Part shown: positions 1 through 9,391 of the stretch, piece by piece
How positions within the stretch are numbered: position 1 is the stretch's first letter
Layout of the letters: every line of letters begins with the position of its first letter
Source: Cylindrospermopsis raciborskii Cr2010
GTDB lineage: Bacteria; Cyanobacteriota; Cyanobacteriia; Cyanobacteriales; Nostocaceae
Assembly: GCF_003367075.2 (NCBI RefSeq)
Contig: NZ_CP065936.1
Span: 2,040,001 to 2,072,000 of the forward strand
Reading direction: 5' to 3'
Length of the DNA stretch: 32,000 nt
Notes under the pieces: model-generated
Database searches by the model: none
What the model was told of the DNA's origin: nothing
Seen by the model: the letters and a program-made list of their open reading frames with translations, nothing else
Translations under genes and position numbers: made by a program

Positions 1-3000
1 TAAGCAACGGGTAAGGTAGTGTAATTTTGAGCAGTAGCTGGACTATTGTCGGGATTGACCTGAAAGAAAGCATTAACTGCATCCTGCACGCTACCAGAGA
101 AATTACCACCATGGGCGATGACAAAGGGAGCATAGATTTTACCCTCGCTCACGATTACATCTCCGTTTACACCATCTCCCGAACCTCCAGCTCGAACTAC
201 AAAGTTGGGTACTACTCTACTTAATGCTGCTTTAGCATAAGCTGATTTGTCCTCTGGTAAAACACCATTAACCGATCCTGTAAGAGCATTATCCACTTCA
301 TAAAGCCCAAACAGGTTAGTAAAGGATGCTTCTGTTTTACTGAGAGCTTCTTGTAAAGCCAGCTTTGCCTGAACTTTGTCGTAATCTGTAAGGAAATTGA
401 AGGAGATATCATTAACAATGTCCGATAAGGAACCAGCTTCATCGGGAATTAAAGAATCTTCGGGATCAAGTATTTCCACTGGATATGTAATGATGTCTGT
501 TCCAGTGATAGTAACGTTGACATTAGCTGTTACTGCTAAACCCTGCTCATCAATAATAGTGTAGCTGAAAACATCATCTCCTATGTAAGTTGCGTCTAGC
601 AGGGTATATATTAACTCATTATCCCTGATTTCTACACGACCATAGTTACCATCCGTCTTGTTGATAATGGTTAGAGGATCATTCAGATCTGGATCACTAT
701 CATTGTCAAGTGGGTTAAGAGTACCAAAACTACTACCCGGAATAATAGCTAACACATCATCAATAGCAATGGGAGCTTCATTGACATTGGTGACAAGAAT
801 GGAAATATCCTGAATTGACTTATTGTTTTGCTCATCCCTTGCTACAACCTGTAATTTATAAAGGTTGTTTTTGTCTGCATTCAGAGGTTCTTCAAAGTCC
901 GGAGCAGTATTAAAGGTTAATTCACCGGTAGGACTAATCGAGAACAAACTAGCATCAACTCCAGCCAAACTAAGAGTGATGGGGTCGTTTTCAGGATCTT
1001 CAACCGTTAGATTACTTACTAGTGTTGTACTCTCAGGAACAAAGAAAGAAAAGCTGACAACAGGAGGTTCATTAACATCAGTGATGCTAACGGTGAGATC
1101 TTGAGTGACTTCTAATCCACCATTGTCAGTTGCAGTAATAGAGAGTTCTACACTACCAGCTTCGTAATCCAGGCTTTCACCAGCTTTGAGTTTAAGCGTC
1201 TGATTACCATCAAAATCAACAATTTCAAATCGGGTATCATTATTGACTTTTAAGGTATGACCATCATTCCCATCAGGATCACTGACTGTTAAAGTACCAA
1301 TAATAGCCCCGGGGTCGTTCTCTATTACTGTTATTTGATTTAATTCAATGGCCACAGGTGCTTCATTAACATCGGTGACGGTGATAGTGAAATCCTGGGT
1401 GATTTCTAATCCACCATTATCGATGGCAGTAATAGTTAGTACTATATTACTAGCCGCTTCATAATCCAGGCTTTCACCTTCCCTAAGTTTAAGGATGTTG
1501 TTACCATCCACATTAATCACTTCAAAACGGCTATCATTCACCGTGAAAGTATGGCTATCACCCGGATCATCTGTAACTGTTAAACTACCAATAAAAGCCC
1601 CAGGGTCATTCTCCGCTACTATTCCCCTCAGTTCAATAGCAATAGGTGGATTATTATCAGTACCGCTATCCGTAGCAATTCCCAGCTGTCCTGGGTCAAC
1701 TATAATACCGTTAGCTAGTCCATCCCCATCCCATATATCCCCATCTGTTAGGTTTACGGTTAAGTAGACCTCTCCAAAATCCCGGACACCATCCCCATCA
1801 ACATCGTTAAAAATGTAGTCGTAATTAAAATCATCATAAAGCTCGAACTGCTGAGATTCATAGTTGAACTTAACGTAGCGCGCAAGGTCAAGATCTTCAG
1901 GTAATTGATTAATAACATTCTGGGACAGATAGAGAACAAAGGTGGTTGTACCCCCAAGTTGAACTCCGCTAATAGTTATAGCTAATGGATCTCCAATAGG
2001 GGAAATCAAATCAGGGGGAATTTCCGCTTCAACTACTGTTCCATCTGCTAGAACAACTTGCAGCTTTTTAACACCCTCTTCCTCTACTACTGGAACAATG
2101 TAAATACTTTGAATGCTTGTACCAGGCTCAGTTTTGACAGCAGCATAGTTAGCAGCACCAGCATTTGCGCCCTGGTCAAATATATCTCGAGTGCCAATGG
2201 GTAATACCGCAATGTTGGGGTCATTAAAACTTTCTCCTTCACCCAGTATGCCAACTGTTTGACTAATTTCCAGAATACTGACTCCGTCAATCTCTAATGT
2301 TTGTGCAGCATCAATAACTTCTGATTTCAGTCCCTTGGGCTGAGTTGGGTCAAATGCATTACTGGTGTTTGGTGGTAAGATGCCATCGGGAATAGTTAGG
2401 GTTTGAAAGGTTGTAAAACTACCGGTTTCACCACCATCAGTGCGGGTAAAGATGGCTGTGAATAGGTTTGAACCTGCTGCAAAGAAATTATAGTCATTTG
2501 GCTTGAGAACATAAGACCAGGATAAACCATCAACTTGAGCAACTCGAGTTTGACCCCCAAATAAAATAGTAACTGTTGTACCAGTTTCACTAACAGTACC
2601 CGTTAGAGTTACCCCAGCTTCTTTCTCACTGATATCCAGGTTGTTGTCTCCGGTAATACTATCAAAAGTGCCGGATACTGGTACTAGAGAAATACTAACA
2701 TTATTTGAGTAAATTACTTTCTCAAATCCACCTGCAATGTAAGTAACCTCTACTCGAAGTTGGTTGTTGTTATCATCTTCTGTGGCTATGTAGTTTTGTT
2801 CAGTAGCATCAGGAATATTAGTCCAAACCCCCTCAATTAATCGTTGCCATTGATAGCTTATATCCGTGGGAATACCATCGGGATCGTCAAAGGGTATAGC
2901 TGCAATTAGTGTTGCACCAACAGTAAAACCAGCACCTTCAGTAGTTATAGGGGGCAACTGACCAAGACCTTCATTGACATTAATGATACTCAATGTGATT

Positions 3001-4904
3001 GTTTCGGTATCTTGTAAACCTCCACCATCTGTGACGATAATGCCCAGATTAAAACTGCTGGGAGAAGTTTCAAAGTCGTTGGCTGCTGCTAGACCTGCTT
3101 CTGTCAGGGTGATTTCTCCACTACTATTGATAGTGAAAAATCCATCATCATTACCGCTGGAAATAAAGTATTGGGTGACACCTACATTATCAGTGTTAGG
3201 AAGGTTATCGGTTGCTGATACTGTTCCTAATACAGAACCTAGGTCTTGGTTTTCTTCGTAGGAGAGGACTTGATCCATTGTTATAACAGGATCAATACCA
3301 TCGAACACGTTACTGAAATTATTACTGAAAGTATTGCCCGCAATGTTGATACTGTTTGTAGTAGCAGTTGCATCTAAAACAACACCATAAGCATTATTCT
3401 CAAAAGTGTTTCCATTAATGTTAATATCACCTGTAATCTCATTGGTATTCCTGAGATTTACTCCCACCTGCCAACTGTTAATAGTGTTATCTTCAACAGT
3501 AAGGTCACCAGTATAAGTGCCATAGTCAGCAAAAGTTGGTATTAAATCAATACCATAATAACTAGCTTCTAGTGGATCTCCATCTTGTCCCAAAAGTTGG
3601 TTACCTCTGATTAGAGTTTCCCCAGGTAAACTGCCATATAGGCTCAGACCAGTAATTATATCAACACCACCATTTATGTTCTTGGGTGTTAGAGTGTTGC
3701 CCTCAACTCTTACTCCGTTGAAATTACCCCGCACTTCTAAGGAAGATTTATGATCGGTAATAAATTTTACTTGAGCTAGATCCATTGTGATATCATTGTC
3801 ACGGATCACCAAATTACTACCGGAAGGACCACTCAATCGAGCAGTTGCCATGACAGCGGGAATCAAACCTGATTTGCCATTACTAGGAGCTTCACTATAG
3901 GCGTTAATAAAGTTGTTATCAGGGAAAGTGTTGCCTTCTATAGTGATATTATCAAAAGCAAACGGACTATCTGTCTCACCAAACAACTGAATACCACCGC
4001 TATTGTACTCACCTTCGTTATTCTTGATGAGGACTTGATCGTTATCTCCTTTCAGTTCTAACCAGTAGTTACGACCAAAGAATCCATCTCCATAACCACC
4101 ATAACCATCTCCATAGCCACCATAGCCATATCCAGATCCACTAAAAAATTCTCCAAATCCATCAAAATTGGCACCTCCAGTATGTAGTCCATGGTAAAAT
4201 TTATTATCCTCTATGGTAACATTAGTCAGAGATGCTAGGTAAAGATGGGCAGCTCGAGGACGCCAGAAGGTGTTATCATCAATGTTTGAATCTTGTAAAC
4301 CAGCCAGGTATATAGAACCACCTGTACCACCACCGCCCAATAAACCGCCTATGTAGTTGCCAGCAATTTGCCAACCCGTGACTACTCCAGTTGGGTTGTT
4401 AATGCTCGCATCTCCAAAACTGGGGCTATTGTTGGCAGTATAACCAGTGAGGTAGTTGTTAAGCAGTTTAAAATTATCTGGGGTATCATTCCACTTTAGA
4501 GGACCATTTTCATTTCTGAGTCGGAAACCATCAATAGTAACATTGTCTTCTGTTACGGTAATAGTCCCTTTAATCCACGCTTCTTGAGTATTACCAAAAG
4601 CGTTATCGATAGTTCCGTTATCATCTTGATATCGACGAAAATCTTCATTAGCTGTTGGCAATCCTCCAACTCCTAATGCTGCATTAATATCCGGATCCAG
4701 AGGCTTAACCCCTAATCGGTTTTCAAAACCATCTATTCCCTCAAAAGTACCATAAGGTCCTATTAGAGTCACGGATTTATTAATGGTCAGATCTTCTTGA
4801 TAAATCCCAGGCCTTACCACGATTATATCATCGTTATTAGCAGCATTAATGGCTGCTTGAATTGTGGTGTAAGTTTGACCCGCTCCAACTGCTAAAATTG
4901 CCAT
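1..4904 (-). CDS. Giant secreted/surface protein, 5' part only (continues beyond the left window edge): N-terminal right-handed beta-helix region, then cadherin-like repeats, then a DUF4114-like segment
   Basis: ATG at 4904..4902 (complement), preceded by caGGAGaaattac. The ORF track lists no closed minus-strand ORF in this frame anywhere in 1-4904; the four listed minus ORFs are all in another frame. The frame is therefore open to the window edge (>1,630 codons). My translation starts MAILAVGAGQTYTTIQAAINAANNDDIIVVRPGIYQEDLTINKSVTLIG (NosD/CASH-type beta-helix start), with many N-[IV]-T-[IV]-x-[GD]-N rungs. At least 4 repeats end in [IV]xDVNE[AP]P (ITVTDVNEAPV, VSITDVNEPPV, ILVTNVNEAPI, SIINVNEG). 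'NLFGLYEVD' lies near the left edge. Confidence 0.85.
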   Translation of the reverse strand, partial: MAILAVGAGQTYTTIQAAINAANNDDIIVVRPGIYQEDLTINKSVTLIGPYGTFEGIDGFENRLGVKPLDPDINAALGVGGLPTANEDFRRYQDDNGTIDNAFGNTQEAWIKGTITVTEDNVTIDGFRLRNENGPLKWNDTPDNFKLLNNYLTGYTANNSPSFGDASINNPTGVVTGWQIAGNYIGGLLGGGGTGGSIYLAGLQDSNIDDNTFWRPRAAHLYLASLTNVTIEDNKFYHGLHTGGANFDGFGEFFSGSGYGYGGYGDGYGGYGDGFFGRNYWLELKGDNDQVLIKNNEGEYNSGGIQLFGETDSPFAFDNITIEGNTFPDNNFINAYSEAPSNGKSGLIPAVMATARLSGPSGSNLVIRDNDITMDLAQVKFITDHKSSLEVRGNFNGVRVEGNTLTPKNINGGVDIITGLSLYGSLPGETLIRGNQLLGQDGDPLEASYYGIDLIPTFADYGTYTGDLTVEDNTINSWQVGVNLRNTNEITGDININGNTFENNAYGVVLDATATTNSINIAGNTFSNNFSNVFDGIDPVITMDQVLSYEENQDLGSVLGTVSATDNLPNTDNVGVTQYFISSGNDDGFFTINSSGEITLTEAGLAAANDFETSPSSFNLGIIVTDGGGLQDTETITLSIINVNEGLGQLPPITTEGAGFTVGATLIAAIPFDDPDGIPTDISYQWQRLIEGVWTNIPDATEQNYIATEDDNNNQLRVEVTYIAGGFEKVIYSNNVSISLVPVSGTFDSITGDNNLDISEKEAGVTLTGTVSETGTTVTILFGGQTRVAQVDGLSWSYVLKPNDYNFFAAGSNLFTAIFTRTDGGETGSFTTFQTLTIPDGILPPNTSNAFDPTQPKGLKSEVIDAAQTLEIDGVSILEISQTVGILGEGESFNDPNIAVLPIGTRDIFDQGANAGAANYAAVKTEPGTSIQSIYIVPVVEEEGVKKLQVVLADGTVVEAEIPPDLISPIGDPLAITISGVQLGGTTTFVLYLSQNVINQLPEDLDLARYVKFNYESQQFELYDDFNYDYIFNDVDGDGVRDFGEVYLTVNLTDGDIWDGDGLANGIIVDPGQLGIATDSGTDNNPPIAIELRGIVAENDPGAFIGSLTVTDDPGDSHTFTVNDSRFEVINVDGNNILKLREGESLDYEAASNIVLTITAIDNGGLEITQDFTITVTDVNEAPVAIELNQITVIENDPGAIIGTLTVSDPDGNDGHTLKVNNDTRFEIVDFDGNQTLKLKAGESLDYEAGSVELSITATDNGGLEVTQDLTVSITDVNEPPVVSFSFFVPESTTLVSNLTVEDPENDPITLSLAGVDASLFSISPTGELTFNTAPDFEEPLNADKNNLYKLQVVARDEQNNKSIQDISILVTNVNEAPIAIDDVLAIIPGSSFGTLNPLDNDSDPDLNDPLTIINKTDGNYGRVEIRDNELIYTLLDATYIGDDVFSYTIIDEQGLAVTANVNVTITGTDIITYPVEILDPEDSLIPDEAGSLSDIVNDISFNFLTDYDKVQAKLALQEALSKTEASFTNLFGLYEVDNALTGSVNGVLPEDKSAYAKAALSRVVPNFVVRAGGSGDGVNGDVIVSEGKIYAPFVIAHGGNFSGSVQDAVNAFFQVNPDNSPATAQNYTTLPVA
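1064..1655 (-). repeat. Two tandem ~294-bp (98-codon) cadherin-like repeat units inside the giant gene
   Basis: gtgacttctaatccaccattgtcagttgcagtaatag... (from 1105) and gtgatttctaatccaccattatcgatggcagtaatag... (from 1399) align at a 294-nt offset and are clearly similar along the unit. Each unit translates to ...IGxLTVxDxxGxxHTFxVNDxRFExxxxDGNxxLKLxxGExLDYExxxxxxLxITAxDNGGLExTQDxTxxxTDVNE.P. Confidence 0.8.
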
Positions 4905-5051
4905 GTAATTTCTCCTGTTAAAAGGTAAAGCCGAATTGCTCTTAATCCTTTCTCCCAAAAGGTGAAGAGGTTAATTTGTTTGGGAGTGTCAGCTTGTTTA
5001 TGTTAATACGGTCAGATTAATGAAAATTCCGCCACATTTTCTAAATTTTGC

Positions 5052-6284
5052 CTAATCATCAAAGGCATCGCGTAACCGTTGTAGCATTTTGCCGATGGTA
5101 AGGAATTCAGTATTTTCAGATAGTGCAATCACCGTATCATCACTGCTAGTATCAAGGATTTGGTTAAATACTACTATAGCCCTACCCAACTGCAAGGGTT
5201 CAATTGTTACATCTTTTACTGGACCATGTTTTACTTCCGATTTGGTTGTGGTAGTTACCGGATCCTTAGTAATGCCACTAGCAACTAAGGTAATAGACAA
5301 GTCTGGTTTCATAGTCTGGTTTGTTCCAGTTACCATTAAACCTGATAAACTATTAATTAAAGACGTAACTTGAACAAAGTTAGCTCCTGTCAGAGCTATG
5401 CTAGTACCAGTTTGTATCTGGGTTAGAGATAACCCAGCGGAAGTTGCAGTAGCAATAAACCCAGCAGCATTAGCGACCCGTTCGGAGGTGCCAGTCAAAA
5501 CCAAGTCCAGATTCTGGCCATTGGCAATTCTCAAAGTCGCAGTGGTAGAAACCTCTTTATTATCTGCATTCTGATTTATGGGAGCAATACGAAGTGTAGT
5601 AGCATTGATGGTCATCTCCGCTCCTCGCCCTGATACCACTTGAGTAGCAATAGTTTGACCTGCTTGCAATGGTGTTACTGGTAATGTAACTTCTCCAGTT
5701 GGGGATGATAGTATACCCCTAGGAAGTTCCTTGGGAACAGATTCGGTTGCAGTTGCTAAGGAAGGTAAAGTGAAAGCTGCACTGGGGGTGATTGTAATTT
5801 GACTGACTGGACTGGTTAGGGTTACGGGTGGTGTGGATACATTTGATATAATAGTACCTGCTACAGTAGGCGCTATTATCTGTAGTTCTGTTAGAGTTTG
5901 AGTCGCAGTCTGGTTTAGCACCATTTGACTCCCAGGGTTAACTACCGGTACTATAGGTGTTGTTTTCTCTGAAGAAACCTCCGTAGATGGTGCGGATGGG
6001 GTAGATGTAGCTACTGATGGTATGGATGTTGGTACTGTTGGTGTAAACGTTGGTGCTGATGGTATGGATGTTGGTACTGTTGGTGTAAACGTTGGTGCTG
6101 ATGGTGTGGATATTGGTACTGTTGGCAAAACAGGTGAAATATTACTTGTTCCCAAAGAACTTGGCAGAGTAACACCACTTACCGCTCCTACGGGGACTGA
6201 ACCAGCAAGCGTTTGCGTAATTGGATAAAAGCTGAAAGCACATCCTAAACCAGAAAGAGTTGTCAGTATAAGTACATATTTCAT
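5052..6284 (-). CDS. Secreted Pro/Thr-rich repeat protein of unknown function (410 aa)
   Basis: Complete ORF in the track. The N-terminus MKYVLILTTLSGLGCAFS resembles a signal peptide, possibly a lipoprotein Cys. The 14-aa unit PSAPTFTPTVPTSI is repeated. It lies directly upstream of, and co-directional with, the giant gene. I recognise no family. Confidence 0.7.
   Translation of the reverse strand: MKYVLILTTLSGLGCAFSFYPITQTLAGSVPVGAVSGVTLPSSLGTSNISPVLPTVPISTPSAPTFTPTVPTSIPSAPTFTPTVPTSIPSVATSTPSAPSTEVSSEKTTPIVPVVNPGSQMVLNQTATQTLTELQIIAPTVAGTIISNVSTPPVTLTSPVSQITITPSAAFTLPSLATATESVPKELPRGILSSPTGEVTLPVTPLQAGQTIATQVVSGRGAEMTINATTLRIAPINQNADNKEVSTTATLRIANGQNLDLVLTGTSERVANAAGFIATATSAGLSLTQIQTGTSIALTGANFVQVTSLINSLSGLMVTGTNQTMKPDLSITLVASGITKDPVTTTTKSEVKHGPVKDVTIEPLQLGRAIVVFNQILDTSSDDTVIALSENTEFLTIGKMLQRLRDAFDD
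6016..6125. repeat. 42-bp tandem repeat: 2 identical copies plus 1 diverged partial copy, in frame within the 410-aa gene
   Basis: gatggtatggatgttggtactgttggtgtaaacgttggtgct occurs at 6016-6057 and again, identical, at 6058-6099. It is followed by gatggtgtggatattggtactgttgg. Confidence 0.9.
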
Positions 6285-6327
6285 ATCACTATCTCCTTAC
6301 TAAATGTATCATTATGATTTTTATCAG

Positions 6328-7236
6328 CTAAGGGGTAAAATCAAAACCATAGCCAATACTAAAACTCAATACAGATCCAGCTTCTGTATTGTTTAGTACA
6401 TCTCCATAAACTACACTTAAGGTAAGAGGTAAGGTCCGCATAGGTAGGTAGGATGCGGCAAGATTTAGTCCTCGTCCACTCCAAGCGGTGCTGACTCCAA
6501 TATTTGGGTGTACTTGAATACCAGCTCCAGCAATCAGTCCCACACCAGCATTGGAAAACAGAGGGGCTCCACCCACGCCTAGGGACAGGTTTATGGGTAG
6601 GGGATTTGCTGGATTAGTTTTTAAAAAGTGATAGGCACTGACTATTCCATAAACACTTGATGATGTATGTGCAGTATCACTACCATATTTAGCAAAGTTA
6701 TTCCAGCCCACAGCCCCGGCGATATAGGTGCTGGGAGTCGAGTAAATGCTGCGGTGTATCTTAGCATTAAAAGACCCATTGGTAGCAAATCGCCTCATGC
6801 TCAGGTTGTTATAGTTCAACTCTAAACCAAATATATCTGTAGCATTGCCAAGACCAAGACTAGTTGAAATACCACCATCTATTACCGGTCTAACTCTGTC
6901 CGCAGTTGCACCCGCAATGGCCACATAAAAATCTCCCCAATTCGCACCAAAAGCTGAGGGAATGCCAGCAGATGTACCAGGCGCATAAACTCGTTTTCCA
7001 TTTACCATCCGCATCAGTCTTACTCTCATTTTCTGGCGCAGCTTAGTGGGATCAACTTCTTTTGGTTGAGATTTTTGTTCCGATAAATCCGATAAAATGG
7101 TTGTTGGTTTTGCCTGAGCTTGTAGGGGAAAAATAACTGAGGAAATAAAAGTATCTAATACTAAATTCACAGCTCCTATATTTAACAGAACAATTGTGGA
7201 AAAAATCGAGCTGGTTAAACGCATTAGACACCGCAT
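6328..7236 (-). CDS. Putative outer-membrane beta-barrel protein (ORF open to 7314; likely start at MRCLMRLTSS..., 7236 or 7224)
   Basis: Complete ORF. There is an internal signal-peptide-like stretch (MRLTSSIFSTIVLLNIGAV...PLQAQA|KP). The body is Gly/Ala/Ser/aromatic-rich with an alternating pattern (GLELNYNNLSMRRF, GLNLAASYLP, LSFSIGYGFDFTP) and an aromatic C-terminus. The family is not recognised, so the function is inferred from composition only. Confidence 0.55.
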   Translation of the reverse strand: MRCLMRLTSSIFSTIVLLNIGAVNLVLDTFISSVIFPLQAQAKPTTILSDLSEQKSQPKEVDPTKLRQKMRVRLMRMVNGKRVYAPGTSAGIPSAFGANWGDFYVAIAGATADRVRPVIDGGISTSLGLGNATDIFGLELNYNNLSMRRFATNGSFNAKIHRSIYSTPSTYIAGAVGWNNFAKYGSDTAHTSSSVYGIVSAYHFLKTNPANPLPINLSLGVGGAPLFSNAGVGLIAGAGIQVHPNIGVSTAWSGRGLNLAASYLPMRTLPLTLSVVYGDVLNNTEAGSVLSFSIGYGFDFTP

Positions 7237-7794
7237 CTTGCAGATCCTTTTTCTTCGATTTAGGCCATCATCCCCGGAAGTGACTACATATAATCTCGTA
7301 GTTATTGCTCCCAAAGATCTAAAATTATTACTCTGACACCAATAGCAAAGCTCAAACTCATAGTATTAAGCTATTGACCTGCTCCTGATCTCTTAAATAA
7401 TTGTTCAGCTGATTTATGTAACTTCCGGATCAATTTGTAATGCTTTCAGGATACTTTTTGACACGCCAAAATAAGCCCAGCTCACACTGTGTTTAGCACA
7501 GAAAGCAGTGAACATAAATCTCTTTCTAGAAGTGGGTAGATACTTATAATCGGTAGTCGCAATCATTATGTTCATAGAAAGGATGGCGATCGCACTCTGA
7601 CTAAACCTAGCACAGGAATATTTTTTTAGCGGTATGCTCACAGGAATTTAATAATTTTTTTTCAAAAACAATAAAAAATAGCTGAAAGTCTTGTTATGTA
7701 GTCAATACAGGGTTTCACAAAAAATTTATAAACCTACCATATTTCCTTAATTAGATCTATTATATATCAGTAGGGTCTTTTTGTGCAGGAGTAT

Positions 7795-9363
7795 ATGAGG
7801 CAAGTTAATGATTTATTTAACCTTAATCTGACTGTTGGTGTAGCTTGGCTGTTGTTCACAGTACAGCCAAGTGTTGCTCAGACTTCTCCCCAAAAACTAG
7901 TGGCCCCACTTGTGGGCAATATTAATGTATCTAATATTGATATACTTCCCAACATTATTGATTTAAACACTAAAGAGTCAATAACTAGATTATTATTACG
8001 GGATGCACCTGTTACTGAAGTTTTGTCACTATTAGCTCGTACTGCAGGGTTAAATCTTATTTACTTTGAACAACAAGAAATTAACTCTGGTCAAGACAAG
8101 TCACAACAACAGGTGATTAATAACAATACTAATAATAAAATTAGAACTAGTAGTAAAATTTCCTTAGATATTAAAAATGAGTCTGTACAAAAAGTATTTA
8201 ACTATGTTTTACAAGTTAGTGGATTAGAAGCTAGACGGATTGACAGAACAATTTTGGTGGGGGCCAAATTACCTAATACCAGTGTTGATAGAATAGTCAG
8301 GACTTTACGACTGAATCAAGTAACAGTAGGTATAGGTTTAGACTTTTTGGTAGCCTTGGGTGCGGAAACTGAAGTCAGTCGTGAAAGACCAGTAACTACA
8401 GTTAATACCATACCCATCGCAGGTGGAGTTACACCGGTGACTCAATCTCAGACAACTACTGAAACCAAAATGGAGGCCAAGCGGGTTGATTATCAAGACT
8501 CCACACCTTTGCTGAGGGGATTACAAATTGTGGGAGATGAACGAACAAATTCGATTACTTTGATTGGCAATCCCCAATTAGTTGATATAGCAACTTCAAA
8601 ATTGACTAACCTAGATATTCGTCGTCGTCAGGTGAAGGTGAATCTGAAAATTATTGATGTTAATCTCTGGGGAATTCAAAACTATAACTCCAGTTTTTCC
8701 TTTGGGATTGGTGATAATTTCTTTTCTAATGACCAGGGTATAGCTACCTTCAATTTTGGCAACCAAAGACCATTCACCGGTTCGGGAGCAGTACCAGCTT
8801 CCCTAGTGGGTTTACCCAATCGGTTTTTAGCTTTTTTACAAGCCCAGGTAACAAATGGTAATGCTAAGATATTGACAGATCCTAGTTTAATTGTTCAAGA
8901 AGGACAAAATGCAAATGTTAAACTAACTCAACAAGTCATTGGACAGGAGAAGATCACCAGAATTGACACCCCTGGTAATTCTAGGGAGGAACGGATCATC
9001 GAGAAAGAAGAGGTTGGTTTAACCGTAAATGTGAGGGTTGAGCGGATTGATGACAATGGTTTTGTTTCCCTATCGGTTGCTCCCGTGGTTAAATCTCCGG
9101 TTAATTCAGAATCAACTGGTGCGGGGAAGGTTACCCTAATTGCTGAACGCTCTCTTAACTCAGGACTAATTCGTCTCCGGGACGGTCAAACCCTTCTCCT
9201 TTCCGGTATTATCCAAGACCAAGACCGGACAGTGGTCACCAAGTTCCCCCTCCTGGGTGATATTCCTCTCCTAGGTGCATTATTTAGAAGCACCAACAAA
9301 GACCGTGAGCGCAGAGAAGTGATTGTACTGCTTACCCCCAGAATAATTGAGGAACAGTCCTGA
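7795..9363 (+). CDS. Secretin (PilQ/GspD superfamily), short form without AMIN domains
   Basis: ORF 7783..9363. ATG at 7795 is preceded by AGGAG. The signal peptide reads ...VAWLLFTVQPSVAQ|T. There is an N0-like segment (LLLRDAPVTEVLSLLARTAGLNLIY). The secretin core reads NAKILTDPSLIVQEGQNANV...LSGIIQDQDRTVVTKFPLLGDIPLLGALFRSTNKDRERREVIVLLTPRII. Confidence 0.85.
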   Translation: MRQVNDLFNLNLTVGVAWLLFTVQPSVAQTSPQKLVAPLVGNINVSNIDILPNIIDLNTKESITRLLLRDAPVTEVLSLLARTAGLNLIYFEQQEINSGQDKSQQQVINNNTNNKIRTSSKISLDIKNESVQKVFNYVLQVSGLEARRIDRTILVGAKLPNTSVDRIVRTLRLNQVTVGIGLDFLVALGAETEVSRERPVTTVNTIPIAGGVTPVTQSQTTTETKMEAKRVDYQDSTPLLRGLQIVGDERTNSITLIGNPQLVDIATSKLTNLDIRRRQVKVNLKIIDVNLWGIQNYNSSFSFGIGDNFFSNDQGIATFNFGNQRPFTGSGAVPASLVGLPNRFLAFLQAQVTNGNAKILTDPSLIVQEGQNANVKLTQQVIGQEKITRIDTPGNSREERIIEKEEVGLTVNVRVERIDDNGFVSLSVAPVVKSPVNSESTGAGKVTLIAERSLNSGLIRLRDGQTLLLSGIIQDQDRTVVTKFPLLGDIPLLGALFRSTNKDRERREVIVLLTPRIIEEQS

Positions 9364-9391
9364 ACAGTCGCAAAAGACCAGATGCACAATT

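Noticed and set aside
865-3261. Plus-strand ORFs 865..1104, 1495..1767 and 2974..3261, and minus-strand ORFs 221..442, 1760..1957, 2087..2290 and 2396..2590
   Set aside because: All lie inside the giant minus-strand gene, either antisense to it or out of frame. They have low-complexity S/L/V-rich translations, typical of shadow ORFs.
5089-6228. Plus-strand ORFs 5089..5373 and 6022..6228
   Set aside because: They are antisense to the 410-aa CDS. The second is merely the antisense reading of the 42-bp repeat (MDVGTVGVNVGADG x2).
7414-7641. 75-aa minus-strand ORF in the divergent spacer between the beta-barrel gene and the secretin
   Set aside because: It has no RBS, no recognisable family, and an odd composition. 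It could be a real small gene or a remnant, but I cannot support calling it.
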